This document shows, in pieces, positions 26,818 through 36,547 of a DNA stretch of 64,000 nt. Within the stretch, counting starts at the first letter, position 1. Each line of letters begins with the position of its first letter. The DNA lies in the IMG/VR virus record IMGVR_UViG_3300024258_000005; one strand, given 5' to 3'. Source of the DNA: a virus. The notes under the pieces are model-generated. The model saw nothing but the letters and a program-made list of their open reading frames with translations, was not told the DNA's origin and did no database searches. The translations under genes and the position numbers were made by a program.

Positions 26818-27658
26818 TGCAGTACCATTAGAAATATATAGAGGTATTATGACATATAATACAATTGCGTTATACTCAAACGGCACCAAAAAAAGATTTA
26901 CTGGTTTTATTATTGTTGCTGATGAACATGGAAATGAAACATCTTATAAGATTAATTCATTTCGTAGTCAAGTAATAATACAATCAGAAACTTTAGGTGA
27001 ACGTGGAATGAAAGGTATGCATTGTACTGTTCATGGTAACTTTAAAGAAAATACTTGGAATGGTGAAACCAAGTGGGAACTTATGGCGGAGAAGATTATT
27101 CTCGATGGTCAAGAACAGTTAGCAGCAGATGCTGAAGCAGCTGTTCGTCCTATGCCAACAGCACCCCCTGGCACATTACCTAGTTCGCCTGGGGCATCAC
27201 CAATGGTTCCTCAAACGGCTACACCGATACCTGTGCAGCCTATATATAATATGCCTGCTGCACCTGCTGCGATTCCAGGAACAGTTGCTGGATCTATGGC
27301 TCCTGTTGCTGCACCTAATATTCCAGCTCCAACCGCAAATGCCGGTTATATTTATAATCCAGCAGTATCAGCACCTCAGGCAATGAATCCTGTAGCTGCT
27401 GCTCCTGCTGCTATTCCTGTTGTTGCAGGCGGTTATGTTTATAATCCAGCCGCACATGTTGCACCTGCACAAGCAGCTTATGTTACACCACCTGCTATAA
27501 CAACACCGATGGCCGCACCAGCAGTTCCTCAAACACCTTTGGCTCCTAATGTAGCAGCACCAGCTGTTCCTCAGACTCCTCTTAATAAAGCGGAAGTTAC
27601 AAGAAAGACTAAAGTCGTAGAAGAAGAGGAGTTGCCTGATGCACCTGATCCAATTTAG
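26810..27658 (+). CDS. ssb: Single-stranded DNA-binding protein with a long Pro/Ala-rich linker
   Basis: N-terminal OB-like segment (GM..TVHG.F....W.GETKW..MAE.I), disordered linker, acidic tip EEEELPDAPDPI. Confidence 0.65.
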   Translation: MANAVPLEIYRGIMTYNTIALYSNGTKKRFTGFIIVADEHGNETSYKINSFRSQVIIQSETLGERGMKGMHCTVHGNFKENTWNGETKWELMAEKIILDGQEQLAADAEAAVRPMPTAPPGTLPSSPGASPMVPQTATPIPVQPIYNMPAAPAAIPGTVAGSMAPVAAPNIPAPTANAGYIYNPAVSAPQAMNPVAAAPAAIPVVAGGYVYNPAAHVAPAQAAYVTPPAITTPMAAPAVPQTPLAPNVAAPAVPQTPLNKAEVTRKTKVVEEEELPDAPDPI

Positions 27659-27680
27659 AGCTCCTCGGAGCTCTATTTTT
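27656..27680 (+). terminator. Intrinsic terminator
   Basis: TAGAGCTC-CTCG-GAGCTCTA followed by a T run. Confidence 0.8.
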
Positions 27681-27777
27681 TATTGCTTTAAAAAATGATT
27701 TTGCATAGTTTATGCATTTGACAAAGTTAATAGCGTATACTCGAGATACTCGAGATATGAGTGAATTAAGGATATAT

Positions 27778-28467
27778 ATGAGAAAAATAATTATGGTAAA
27801 CGGTAAGAAGAGATCTGGAAAAGATTATACTTCTGATATGTTTGTCGATAAAGGTTTTATAAAACTTTCTATCGCAATGGGATTAAAAGATAGAGCTTGC
27901 AAAATCGCAGGAATTGATTTTGATACAATGGAAGAATTAAAAAATGAGGAATTATCATTTGAAGCAGATGATGGTTTCAAAGAAAGATTTAAAGATTCTT
28001 TATATTTAATGAATAATGATATTTATAATTCTGATGATTCTGAACATAGAATTGACATTTTAAATGTTGGGTCAATTCCTTTTTGGAATTCGGATGGAAC
28101 TGTTGATGCTCGAAAGTTTCTTCAGAATATGAATGTATTTAAAGATGTATTTAAAGATGATAATATTTGGATTAATCTTTTAATTCATGAAATTAAAGTA
28201 CATCATAAAGGTGATATTATTATTGCTGACTTTAGATTTCCGAATGAACATACATCAATGGTCGAAGCATTCGGAAAGATAACTACAATGAAAGTAATAG
28301 GTAAGAATTATTATGATGTTGATAAATATGATAATCACTCAAGTGAAACATCTTTAAATGATTGGAAATTTGATTATCATTTTAATAATACTATTTGGCA
28401 CAGTGGAGTAGTATTTTGGCAAGTTCAAGGTCTTTTACAAACATTAGATATAGAAGAGGGAAAATAA
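27778..28467 (+). CDS. Deoxynucleoside monophosphate kinase
   Basis: VNGKKRSGKD, RKFLQ and IIADFRFPNE, H.SE motifs; start moved to ATG 27778 after AAGGA. Confidence 0.85.
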   Translation: MRKIIMVNGKKRSGKDYTSDMFVDKGFIKLSIAMGLKDRACKIAGIDFDTMEELKNEELSFEADDGFKERFKDSLYLMNNDIYNSDDSEHRIDILNVGSIPFWNSDGTVDARKFLQNMNVFKDVFKDDNIWINLLIHEIKVHHKGDIIIADFRFPNEHTSMVEAFGKITTMKVIGKNYYDVDKYDNHSSETSLNDWKFDYHFNNTIWHSGVVFWQVQGLLQTLDIEEGK

Positions 28468-28468
28468 A

Positions 28469-29350
28469 ATGGATTTGAATAATTTAAATAATTTAAATTT
28501 TAGTATGCCATCAGAAGGTGATATCAGTGATGCACATAGAGCTGCTATCTTAGATGCTACTGGTTTTGATATGTCAATTTTTCAAGAAATTCTTGAATTG
28601 CAAAATACATTAAATGAAAGAGTTAATATTGATTGGAAAACTGCTAATCAAGATTGGGATTTTGCTATACTATTAGAATCAAATGAATTATTAGATTCAT
28701 TTGATTGGAAATGGTGGAGAGCAGGAATAACTGATTGGGCTAATATTGAAATTGAAATGATTGATTTGTTTCATTTTTTAATTGCAAAGAGTATTGAAAA
28801 AAATCAAACTACTATGTTTGCAAGTTTTATAATTGCTGTTGAAGCAGAAAATAAAAATAAAGAAGCTCCGGCTAAAGATAAAGATTTAGAAGAAAAGATA
28901 AAGAAAATCTTTACTGGAAAATTTATCCCAAATTTATCAACTGGTAATTTAGTTGGTAATTTAATGGCGTGGTTAGAAGTTTGGTATTTAATAGGTAAAG
29001 ATATTAATGATATATTTTTATCTTATAAAATGAAATATGCTTTAAATATGTTTAGACAAGATAATGGTTACAGCACGGGCGAATATATGAAAATATGGAA
29101 TGGTGTTGAAGATAATGTTGTTGCTCAAAGATTAATAAAAAATATTCCAAATGATAAACAATTTATTGAAACATTACAAATTGGTCTCAAGAAAGAGTAT
29201 TCAGAGCTTGTAAAACCAAAAGATAAGAATTTAGAAGATTTTATAAAAAATGATCCTAAATGGTCTCAATTTATAACATTAGTACCTGAGGATTCTAAAA
29301 AGGTTATGATTAATCTAGCAGAAGACTTTCAAAAATATCTTGAGAAATAA
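28469..29350 (+). CDS. dut: Dimeric (all-alpha) dUTPase
   Basis: QNTLN, E..ELLDS..WKWW, EMIDLFHF, K..LN.FRQDNGY, WNG.EDN. Confidence 0.9.
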   Translation: MDLNNLNNLNFSMPSEGDISDAHRAAILDATGFDMSIFQEILELQNTLNERVNIDWKTANQDWDFAILLESNELLDSFDWKWWRAGITDWANIEIEMIDLFHFLIAKSIEKNQTTMFASFIIAVEAENKNKEAPAKDKDLEEKIKKIFTGKFIPNLSTGNLVGNLMAWLEVWYLIGKDINDIFLSYKMKYALNMFRQDNGYSTGEYMKIWNGVEDNVVAQRLIKNIPNDKQFIETLQIGLKKEYSELVKPKDKNLEDFIKNDPKWSQFITLVPEDSKKVMINLAEDFQKYLEK

Positions 29351-29354
29351 ATAA

Positions 29355-29412
29355 TTTAACATAGAAATATACTAAATTATCCATAGAGATAAAAAAATTT
29401 AACATAGAAATA
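29355..29412 (+). repeat. Direct repeat TTTAACATAGAAATA x2 in an intergenic spacer
   Basis: Copies at 29355-29369 and 29398-29412, each followed by a -10-like hexamer (TATACT, TATAAT). Confidence 0.6.
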
Positions 29413-29443
29413 AAAAATATAATATAAAATTAAGGAAATAGTT

Positions 29444-29878
29444 ATGAAAGAACAAACAAAAGAAATTGAAGATTTGGCTGCAGCACAAGAAGCAGCAGGA
29501 GATATTGTACCTTTAAAATTAGATGAAAGTGCTATTGATATCATTGGATTAGATGTATTCAGATTAAATAAATCTGTTTCTACAGTAGAAGAAGCAAATG
29601 CTGCAATTGAAAAATTCTCAACAACTACTGTTGGTATTGTTGAAATCGCAGGCAGTACTTTTGTTATTCGTGCTACACTAGCTAAATTAAATGAATTAAA
29701 TGCTATGGACCCAAGTGATATGGAAACACATGAAGCTATTCCTGTTCAAGTAAAAATTGCTGAACTATTACAAGAAGCGGGTCTCAATGTTGGTGTTAAT
29801 CAAGAAATGAAAGATATCATTGAAAAAGAAATCGATAACATCAAAGAAGAATCAACGGTTGATAGCTGTTCAGCATAA
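29444..29878 (+). CDS. Hypothetical acidic protein
   Basis: 144 aa, AAGGAAA RBS. Confidence 0.75.
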   Translation: MKEQTKEIEDLAAAQEAAGDIVPLKLDESAIDIIGLDVFRLNKSVSTVEEANAAIEKFSTTTVGIVEIAGSTFVIRATLAKLNELNAMDPSDMETHEAIPVQVKIAELLQEAGLNVGVNQEMKDIIEKEIDNIKEESTVDSCSA

Positions 29879-29887
29879 AGGTAAATC

Positions 29888-32134
29888 ATGAGTAATGAAT
29901 TAGAAAGAGAATTTACTTACCCAGGAAAAGAACTTAAAGAGATTGAGAAAACAGAAGAGCTTACTCGATTAGAGAAGTTCTTATATGATTCAAATGCAAG
30001 TTCTCTTTATATGGATGATGTTATTGATTTTAAACATGAACCAATGTTCCTCGGAACAGGTAAAAATACTCAAAGATTTGATGATCCCAAATATGCATTT
30101 TTTGATAAATCAAATGATAAACAACAAGGTAATGATTGGAAACATAATGAAGTACCACTTGTTCAAGATCAAGCAGATTTTAAAACATCATTAACTGATG
30201 CACAAAGATTTATAACTAGAGTTGATCATCAAAAATTAATATTTTTAGATTCAATTCAAGGTCGTGGACCATTATTAATTTTTGGACAAATCACAACTTT
30301 GCCTGAACTTGAAAATGTTATTCTTACATGGGAATATTTTGAAGGTGCAAAACATTCAAGAACTTACACGGAACATCTTAGAGCATTCTATGATAAACCA
30401 GATGAGGTATTTGATGAAGCATTTCAACTTCCAGAGTTAAAAAAACTAGCTAAGAAGATTGGTGTAGTTTATGACATTGCTTATTATAATGTAATTAATT
30501 ATGTTTATAAAGATCAACGTGGTTTAGAATACACTCAACAAGAATACAAAGACTTAAAAGAAAGTATTGTTATGTTATGGGTTGAGATTAATATACTTGA
30601 AGGTATAAGATTTTATCCTGGTTTTGCTAGTATTTGGGGAATGACTGAATCAAAAAATATTTTTAGAGGTGTTTCTGAAAATTTACAATTTATTTGTATG
30701 CATCCAGAAACTGACATATTGACAGATAAAGGTTGGAAAAAAGTAGAATTTTTATCATTAGATGATAATATTGCACAACAAGATTTAGATACAGGTTTAG
30801 TGTCATTTGCTAAACCAACTAGAAAGATATGGAGAGAATATAAAGGAAAGATGCATAAAATCATAGATGCAACTGGAAAAACTATTCAACATTTAACAGA
30901 AGATCATGAAATAGTTGTTAGTAGAAGAAATTCAAAAACAAAAGAATTAACAACAAAAAAAGTTAAAGTTCAAGATACAAAATTTAATAATTCAACATAT
31001 TACCCACAAGGTGGAAAATTAGAAATCTCAAATGATGAATTTGCATTAAATACTTTAGAACAATTTAGAATCATGACAGCGGCTGATGGATATATTAATC
31101 CTCGCAGTAATGGTAAACAAACAGGATTTCAAGCAGTTAATTTTTCATTAAAAAAAGAACGAAAAATAGAATTATTCTTTCAATATTGTAATGAATTAGA
31201 TTATAAAATAGTTGAAACAAAATCAATTAATGATGTTAGAATGTTTATAGTAAGTGTTCCTGTTGAAATTAATATATCTAAATCTTTAAATTGGATATGT
31301 TTAAATTCAAGCACTGATTATATAGATAGTATTTTAATGGAGTTAATTAAATGGGATGGTTCAGATAAAACAGAAGCTTCAAATAATAAATATGCTTTTT
31401 TTACAAGCGATAAAGAAGTTGCTGATCAGGTAATTGCGTTAATTACTTTAAGTTCATATAAATCATTTAATTACAAACAAGTTAATAAATCACAAGGACA
31501 TTATAAAGATTCGTATAAAATATATTTTAGAGATGATGAAAAAATTATAAATACTCAAAAATATATTGATGATGTATATGATTATGATGGAATGATTGGA
31601 TGTGTGACTATGCCAAAAGGTACTATTATAACTAAATCGGTTGATAATAAGGTAACTACAACTGGAAACTGTCGCGATGAAAATGAACATTTAGCATTAA
31701 CTCAATTTATGTTAAAACTTCTAAAAAAAGAAAAAGAAGAAGGTTTTGTTGAAGTTTATAAAGAACTTGAACCTCGTATTGAAGCGAGATTTTATGAAGC
31801 TTATCATGAAGAATGTGATTGGATAGATTTTAAATTTAGTAAAGGTTCATACACTGGTATGAATGCTGCTATCCAAAAAATGTATTTAAATTATATTACT
31901 ATTCGTAGAATGCGTGCTGTTGGTTTAAATCCAACAAAAGAACGTCTTGGTGATATGTATATTATAAAGAATCCAATTCCATGGGTTGATAAATTTATCA
32001 ACATGGACAAAAATGAAAAACTTCCACAGGAAGAAAAAGTTCTAAATTATATAACAGGTGCTGTTGAACAAGATGTTGCAAAACATAGCGAACTTGCTTG
32101 TGTTAAACGACTACTAAAACAATTTATAAAATAA
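29888..32134 (+). CDS. nrdB: Ribonucleotide reductase class Ia beta subunit with intein
   Basis: LDSIQGR, EGAKHSR.Y, LEGIRFY, I|CRDENEH, EEC.W; 423 aa after splicing. Confidence 0.95.
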   Translation: MSNELEREFTYPGKELKEIEKTEELTRLEKFLYDSNASSLYMDDVIDFKHEPMFLGTGKNTQRFDDPKYAFFDKSNDKQQGNDWKHNEVPLVQDQADFKTSLTDAQRFITRVDHQKLIFLDSIQGRGPLLIFGQITTLPELENVILTWEYFEGAKHSRTYTEHLRAFYDKPDEVFDEAFQLPELKKLAKKIGVVYDIAYYNVINYVYKDQRGLEYTQQEYKDLKESIVMLWVEINILEGIRFYPGFASIWGMTESKNIFRGVSENLQFICMHPETDILTDKGWKKVEFLSLDDNIAQQDLDTGLVSFAKPTRKIWREYKGKMHKIIDATGKTIQHLTEDHEIVVSRRNSKTKELTTKKVKVQDTKFNNSTYYPQGGKLEISNDEFALNTLEQFRIMTAADGYINPRSNGKQTGFQAVNFSLKKERKIELFFQYCNELDYKIVETKSINDVRMFIVSVPVEINISKSLNWICLNSSTDYIDSILMELIKWDGSDKTEASNNKYAFFTSDKEVADQVIALITLSSYKSFNYKQVNKSQGHYKDSYKIYFRDDEKIINTQKYIDDVYDYDGMIGCVTMPKGTIITKSVDNKVTTTGNCRDENEHLALTQFMLKLLKKEKEEGFVEVYKELEPRIEARFYEAYHEECDWIDFKFSKGSYTGMNAAIQKMYLNYITIRRMRAVGLNPTKERLGDMYIIKNPIPWVDKFINMDKNEKLPQEEKVLNYITGAVEQDVAKHSELACVKRLLKQFIK
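30695..31669 (+). mobile_element. Intein (325 aa) with LAGLIDADG-like endonuclease in nrdB
   Basis: Starts CMHPETDILTDKGW, ends VTTTGN, followed by Cys+1; AADG and WDG blocks. Confidence 0.9.
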
Positions 32135-32170
32135 TAGGTTAGAATCATTTCTAACCCTAAAAGGAAATTA

Positions 32171-35100
32171 ATGATTAATATCATAAAAGATGATGGTTCT
32201 AAAGAGGAATATAAGCCCGAGAAATCACAACAGCATTTAGGTTATGCTGTTGAAGGACTATCTAGGGTATCAATTTCAGAAATTGAAATGAGAGCTTCTC
32301 TTTCAATCGAAGATGGAACAACGTCAAAAGAAATTCAACAAGCATTGATTAAATCTTGTGCTGATCACATTAGTGAAGATGAAGATGAATATCAAATTGC
32401 AGCTGCTAGATTGTTAAATCAAGATATTCGTAAAGATGTTTACAAGCAATATACTCCAAAATCATTTATTGAAATGATTGATAAAGGGTGCGATGCTGGT
32501 TATTATGATTCTGAATATTTATGGAAATATTACACAAGAGATGAAATTATTACTTATGGTAAATTAATTGATTATGACCGTGATGACAATTTTGTATATT
32601 CAGGTTTAAAGAAAACAAAAGATTCTTATCTAGTTAAACAATTTGGTAAAATTCAAGAAACTCCTCAAGAGATGTTTCTATTAATTAACATATTTGCATT
32701 TGCAAAGTACAAAGGTGCTTTAAGAGACAAATGGGTTAAAAATGGTTATGATATTTTATCTAACTTTGAAGCTAGTCTTCCTACTCCTGTTATGATTCAA
32801 GTTCGATCGATGTTCAGAAAATATATTTCATGTTTTAGAGGAAATACTAAAATACGCATAGCTAATTTAGATTTTAAACTTATACAGGACATTGTTATTG
32901 GTGATAAAGTTCAAACAATTCAAGGAAATCTTAAAGAAGTTGTTGCTATAAATATAAAAGAACATACAGATGAATTTATAACAATTAATTCATCATATGG
33001 ATTAAATGATGAATTTACATCAACTGATAATCATCCAATAAAAAGCATTTTATTTGATGATATAAAATGTATTAGAAACCAAACTCCTAGTAATACTAAA
33101 CCAATTTGCATAACTTCTCAAACTAAAGCAAAACATTGTTTAAAATCTAAAAATCATTATAAAAATGATTGTGAATTATTAAATACTGACTGGTCAACTA
33201 TATCAAAATTTGTAGAAGCAAAAGATTTATCAATACATGATTATATCGCCATTCCTTTTGATAATAAGATAATATGCGATAATTTATTTGATATGAAAGA
33301 TTTTATAAATGATGATAAATACAAATTAATAAATGGATATATAACAAAAGAGCATATTAAAGTTTTTAATTTAAATCGGTTAATTAAAGTTGATGCAGAT
33401 TTTATGTATATTCTTGGTTGGTTTGCTGCTGAAGGGTGTGTTGTAAATAATCATTTAAATTTCTCACTAAATATAAATGAGATGGATTATTTAATAGATA
33501 TTAAAGATAAGATAAAACGAGTCTTTAATATAGAAGGTAAAATATATGATAATGGTGATAATTCCGTATCGTTGCAGGTTTCTCATAAAATACTAGCAAA
33601 TTTCTTTAATATTATATTAAATAATGCTAAGGAGAAAAGAGAAGGTTCTGTAATTCATGAAAAGATATTATACGCTGATTATGAATCACAAAAATATTTT
33701 CTCAAAGGAATATTTCTAGGAGATGGGTTTTTAGCAAGTAATTATTTAGGATTAGATATTGTTGATAAGAGATTCATTGATTTTACAAATCATTGTTTAC
33801 TTAGAAATGGTTTTATTTCACAAAATAGTAAATATATAAATGCTGCTAACACTCAATGTTATAGAATTAATATTCGTTTTGGTTTAAATGCAGAATTTAT
33901 AAAATTTGTAGATAAACGAACAGAAAATTTTAAAATTATTAAACAATTAGAAAATATTAATAATATAAAGTCTCCTAAAAATATAGGATTTTTTCAAGAG
34001 AATATATTATATAGTAAAATTATTAATATTAAAAAATTTAAAGAGGTTGTTGAAGTCTATGATATTGAAGTTCAAGATGATCATACTTTTATAGCAAATG
34101 ATTATGGTGTACATAATTGTAACTTAATTCATCCAGGCGATAGTAATACTACATTAGCAGAAGCTTCTAAAATTATTATGAAACTTGTTGCTGCTGGTGC
34201 TGGTCTAGGAATCGGTAATACTGTTCGTGGATTAGATGCTGATATTGATAATGGTCGTTTATCACATACTGGTTGTTTACCAATTTATAAGGGTTATGAA
34301 AAATTGACTAAAGCTTTTGTTCAACCATCACGAGATGGTTCAAGTACTGTTTACCATCCTTTCTTCCATGTTGAAATAGAATCAATGATGGTATGGGGAA
34401 ATGCTAAAGGTACTGAAGAAACACGTATTCGTGAGATGGATCATGCTATTACATTTAGTGCTCTCTTTTGGGAACGTTATGCTAATGGTGAAGATATTAC
34501 ATTATTCTATTTAAATGATGTTAAAGATCTTGTTAACTTTATGGGTGATGATGAAAAATTCAAAGAGCTTTATGAAGGTTATGAGAAATCTGTTCCGGCT
34601 GAACGTAGAACAACTATTACAGCTGAAAGTATATTTGATACATTTGTAGATGAAAGACATTTACAATCTAGAGAATATACTGCTTTCTTGGATAATATTG
34701 GTAAACAAGGAATGTACAAAGTTCCTATTTTTATTAGTAATTTATGTACTGAAATAACTCAACCAATTTATCCTGTTCATGAACAAGGACATAAAAGAAA
34801 TATTAAATTCAATGATGCGGCTTCTGAAGAGAAGTATTGGGATCTACGAACTGAAGCATATTTCTATCCAGATAATGATGTTAAGCGTACAAGCTTTATG
34901 CGTCAAATGTCTGAGTTATATACTTTTGTTGATGCTGATCCTTTTGCGGAAGTAGATGAAGATAAAGTATATGATTACTTTACTAATCGTGGATTTCCAA
35001 ACCTAGCAGAAGTTGGTGTTTGTATTCTAGGTGGTGTAAATATGGGTCATACTACTGATAAGCGTTTACCAATTGTAAGTGAATACTTAGTTCGTTTCTT

Positions 35101-35914
35101 AGAAGAGTTAATTGATATGGGGACATATGATGTACCTGAAGTTGAAAAAGCTGCTAAGATGCGTAGAACATTAGGTATTGGTTTCAGTGATATATTCCAT
35201 TTAATGGCAATCAATAAAGTATTTTATAATACTAGAGAAGGTCGTCAATTTATTGCAAATAGAATTGAATTATGTACATATCATATGACAAGAACTTCTA
35301 TGGAACTTGCGAAAGAGCGTGGAGCATGTTTACTATTTAAAGACACTAAGTACTCTGATGGTCTATTACCAATAGATACTTATAACAAACATGTTGATGA
35401 ACTTATTGGTAAAAATACCGAATTTGATATTGATTGGCCTTGGCTTCGTGAGCAAATTTTGAAATATGGAATGAGACATTCTACATTGACAGCTAATGCT
35501 CCATTTGGAAGTTCTTCAATGGTTTCAAATTCAACTCCAGGGATTGAACCTCCAAGAGGTTTACAAGTTTCTAAAAAAGGTGTTACTAAATTAGTACCTG
35601 ATATTAGAAGATTTGGTAAATATTATACAACTGCATGGAGTGATGATTTTAACAATATTGATTATTTTAAATTTATTGCTGTTGTTCAGAAATTTATGGA
35701 TCAAACATTAAGTGTTAATCAATATCATAATATGATTAAAACTGATGGTAAGAAAAAGAAATCATTATTAATAGAAGAAATTTTAGTTGCTTGGTATTAT
35801 GGTTTAAAAACATTATACTATTCAAATATTAGAAGTACTGATCAAGCTGATGGTGATGATGAAATTGAAGAAGAAGAAGATGATGGTTGCGCAGGCGGCG
35901 GTTGTAAAGTATAG
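32171..35914 (+). CDS. nrdA: Ribonucleotide reductase class Ia alpha subunit with intein
   Basis: ATP cone, SLPTP, SNLCTE, EVGVC, GIEP, QTLS.N, KTLYY, C-terminal CAGGGC; 818 aa after splicing. Confidence 0.95.
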   Translation: MINIIKDDGSKEEYKPEKSQQHLGYAVEGLSRVSISEIEMRASLSIEDGTTSKEIQQALIKSCADHISEDEDEYQIAAARLLNQDIRKDVYKQYTPKSFIEMIDKGCDAGYYDSEYLWKYYTRDEIITYGKLIDYDRDDNFVYSGLKKTKDSYLVKQFGKIQETPQEMFLLINIFAFAKYKGALRDKWVKNGYDILSNFEASLPTPVMIQVRSMFRKYISCFRGNTKIRIANLDFKLIQDIVIGDKVQTIQGNLKEVVAINIKEHTDEFITINSSYGLNDEFTSTDNHPIKSILFDDIKCIRNQTPSNTKPICITSQTKAKHCLKSKNHYKNDCELLNTDWSTISKFVEAKDLSIHDYIAIPFDNKIICDNLFDMKDFINDDKYKLINGYITKEHIKVFNLNRLIKVDADFMYILGWFAAEGCVVNNHLNFSLNINEMDYLIDIKDKIKRVFNIEGKIYDNGDNSVSLQVSHKILANFFNIILNNAKEKREGSVIHEKILYADYESQKYFLKGIFLGDGFLASNYLGLDIVDKRFIDFTNHCLLRNGFISQNSKYINAANTQCYRINIRFGLNAEFIKFVDKRTENFKIIKQLENINNIKSPKNIGFFQENILYSKIINIKKFKEVVEVYDIEVQDDHTFIANDYGVHNCNLIHPGDSNTTLAEASKIIMKLVAAGAGLGIGNTVRGLDADIDNGRLSHTGCLPIYKGYEKLTKAFVQPSRDGSSTVYHPFFHVEIESMMVWGNAKGTEETRIREMDHAITFSALFWERYANGEDITLFYLNDVKDLVNFMGDDEKFKELYEGYEKSVPAERRTTITAESIFDTFVDERHLQSREYTAFLDNIGKQGMYKVPIFISNLCTEITQPIYPVHEQGHKRNIKFNDAASEEKYWDLRTEAYFYPDNDVKRTSFMRQMSELYTFVDADPFAEVDEDKVYDYFTNRGFPNLAEVGVCILGGVNMGHTTDKRLPIVSEYLVRFLEELIDMGTYDVPEVEKAAKMRRTLGIGFSDIFHLMAINKVFYNTREGRQFIANRIELCTYHMTRTSMELAKERGACLLFKDTKYSDGLLPIDTYNKHVDELIGKNTEFDIDWPWLREQILKYGMRHSTLTANAPFGSSSMVSNSTPGIEPPRGLQVSKKGVTKLVPDIRRFGKYYTTAWSDDFNNIDYFKFIAVVQKFMDQTLSVNQYHNMIKTDGKKKKSLLIEEILVAWYYGLKTLYYSNIRSTDQADGDDEIEEEEDDGCAGGGCKV
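32831..34117 (+). mobile_element. Intein (429 aa) with LAGLIDADG endonuclease in nrdA
   Basis: Starts CFRGNTKI, ends VYDIEVQDDHTFIANDYGVHN, followed by Cys+1; LGWFAAEG and FLKGIFLGDG blocks. Confidence 0.95.
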
Positions 35915-35929
35915 TACCTTCGGGTACTA
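35912..35929 (+). terminator. C(UUCG)G hairpin at the nrdA stop
   Basis: TAGTACC-TTCG-GGTACTA. Confidence 0.6.
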
Positions 35930-35946
35930 ATAAAAAAGGAAAAAAG

Positions 35947-36528
35947 ATGAAAAAAATTGATGAAAACTTTAATAAAGTATTTGAAGGCATGAGTGATGTA
36001 TTTGATGAAATGTTCACTAAAATTGACAAAGAATTAAATAAAGAAGATAATGATGGTAAAGTACATTTGGATTACAAGAATATTCAGACTCATATCAATA
36101 ATGCTAGTGAAGTTATTAGCGATGAGTTTGATACTATTTTATGTATTACTCGTGGGGGTCTCGTACCTGCTGGATTGCTTGCCTACCAATTAGGCATTAA
36201 AAATATTGTTAATATTAATATTTCTTCATATGAAGATGATAATTCTCAAGGTACAATTGATTTAGAAAAATTATCTAAAAAAGAGATTAAGATTCTAAGT
36301 AAAGCAAAAGGTATTTTAATTGTTGATGATATTATTGATACAGGTGATACTGTTCAAGCTCTTGCTATTTATTTAAATGAATTACAAGTAGCTGGTAAGA
36401 TTGTTTGTAACAATATTGAGATGTTTGCTTTAGTTACAAAACAAGTTGACAAGTGTAGTTATTATGTATATAACATGGAAGGTGATGACCGATGGATTGA
36501 ATTCCCGTGGAGTATTGGAATGTCGTGA
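35947..36528 (+). CDS. Purine phosphoribosyltransferase (Gpt/XPRT-like)
   Basis: ITRGGLVPA, ILIVDDIIDTGDT and WIEFPW motifs. Confidence 0.9.
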   Translation: MKKIDENFNKVFEGMSDVFDEMFTKIDKELNKEDNDGKVHLDYKNIQTHINNASEVISDEFDTILCITRGGLVPAGLLAYQLGIKNIVNINISSYEDDNSQGTIDLEKLSKKEIKILSKAKGILIVDDIIDTGDTVQALAIYLNELQVAGKIVCNNIEMFALVTKQVDKCSYYVYNMEGDDRWIEFPWSIGMS

Positions 36529-36547
36529 TTAATAAATCTGACATGAC

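Noticed and set aside
27738-27755. TACTCGAGA x2 direct repeat upstream of the dNMP kinase
   Set aside because: Only two short copies, not seen elsewhere; insufficient evidence of function
29888-35914. Group I introns in nrdB or nrdA
   Set aside because: Both frames are continuous and the insertions have intein termini, so they splice at the protein level
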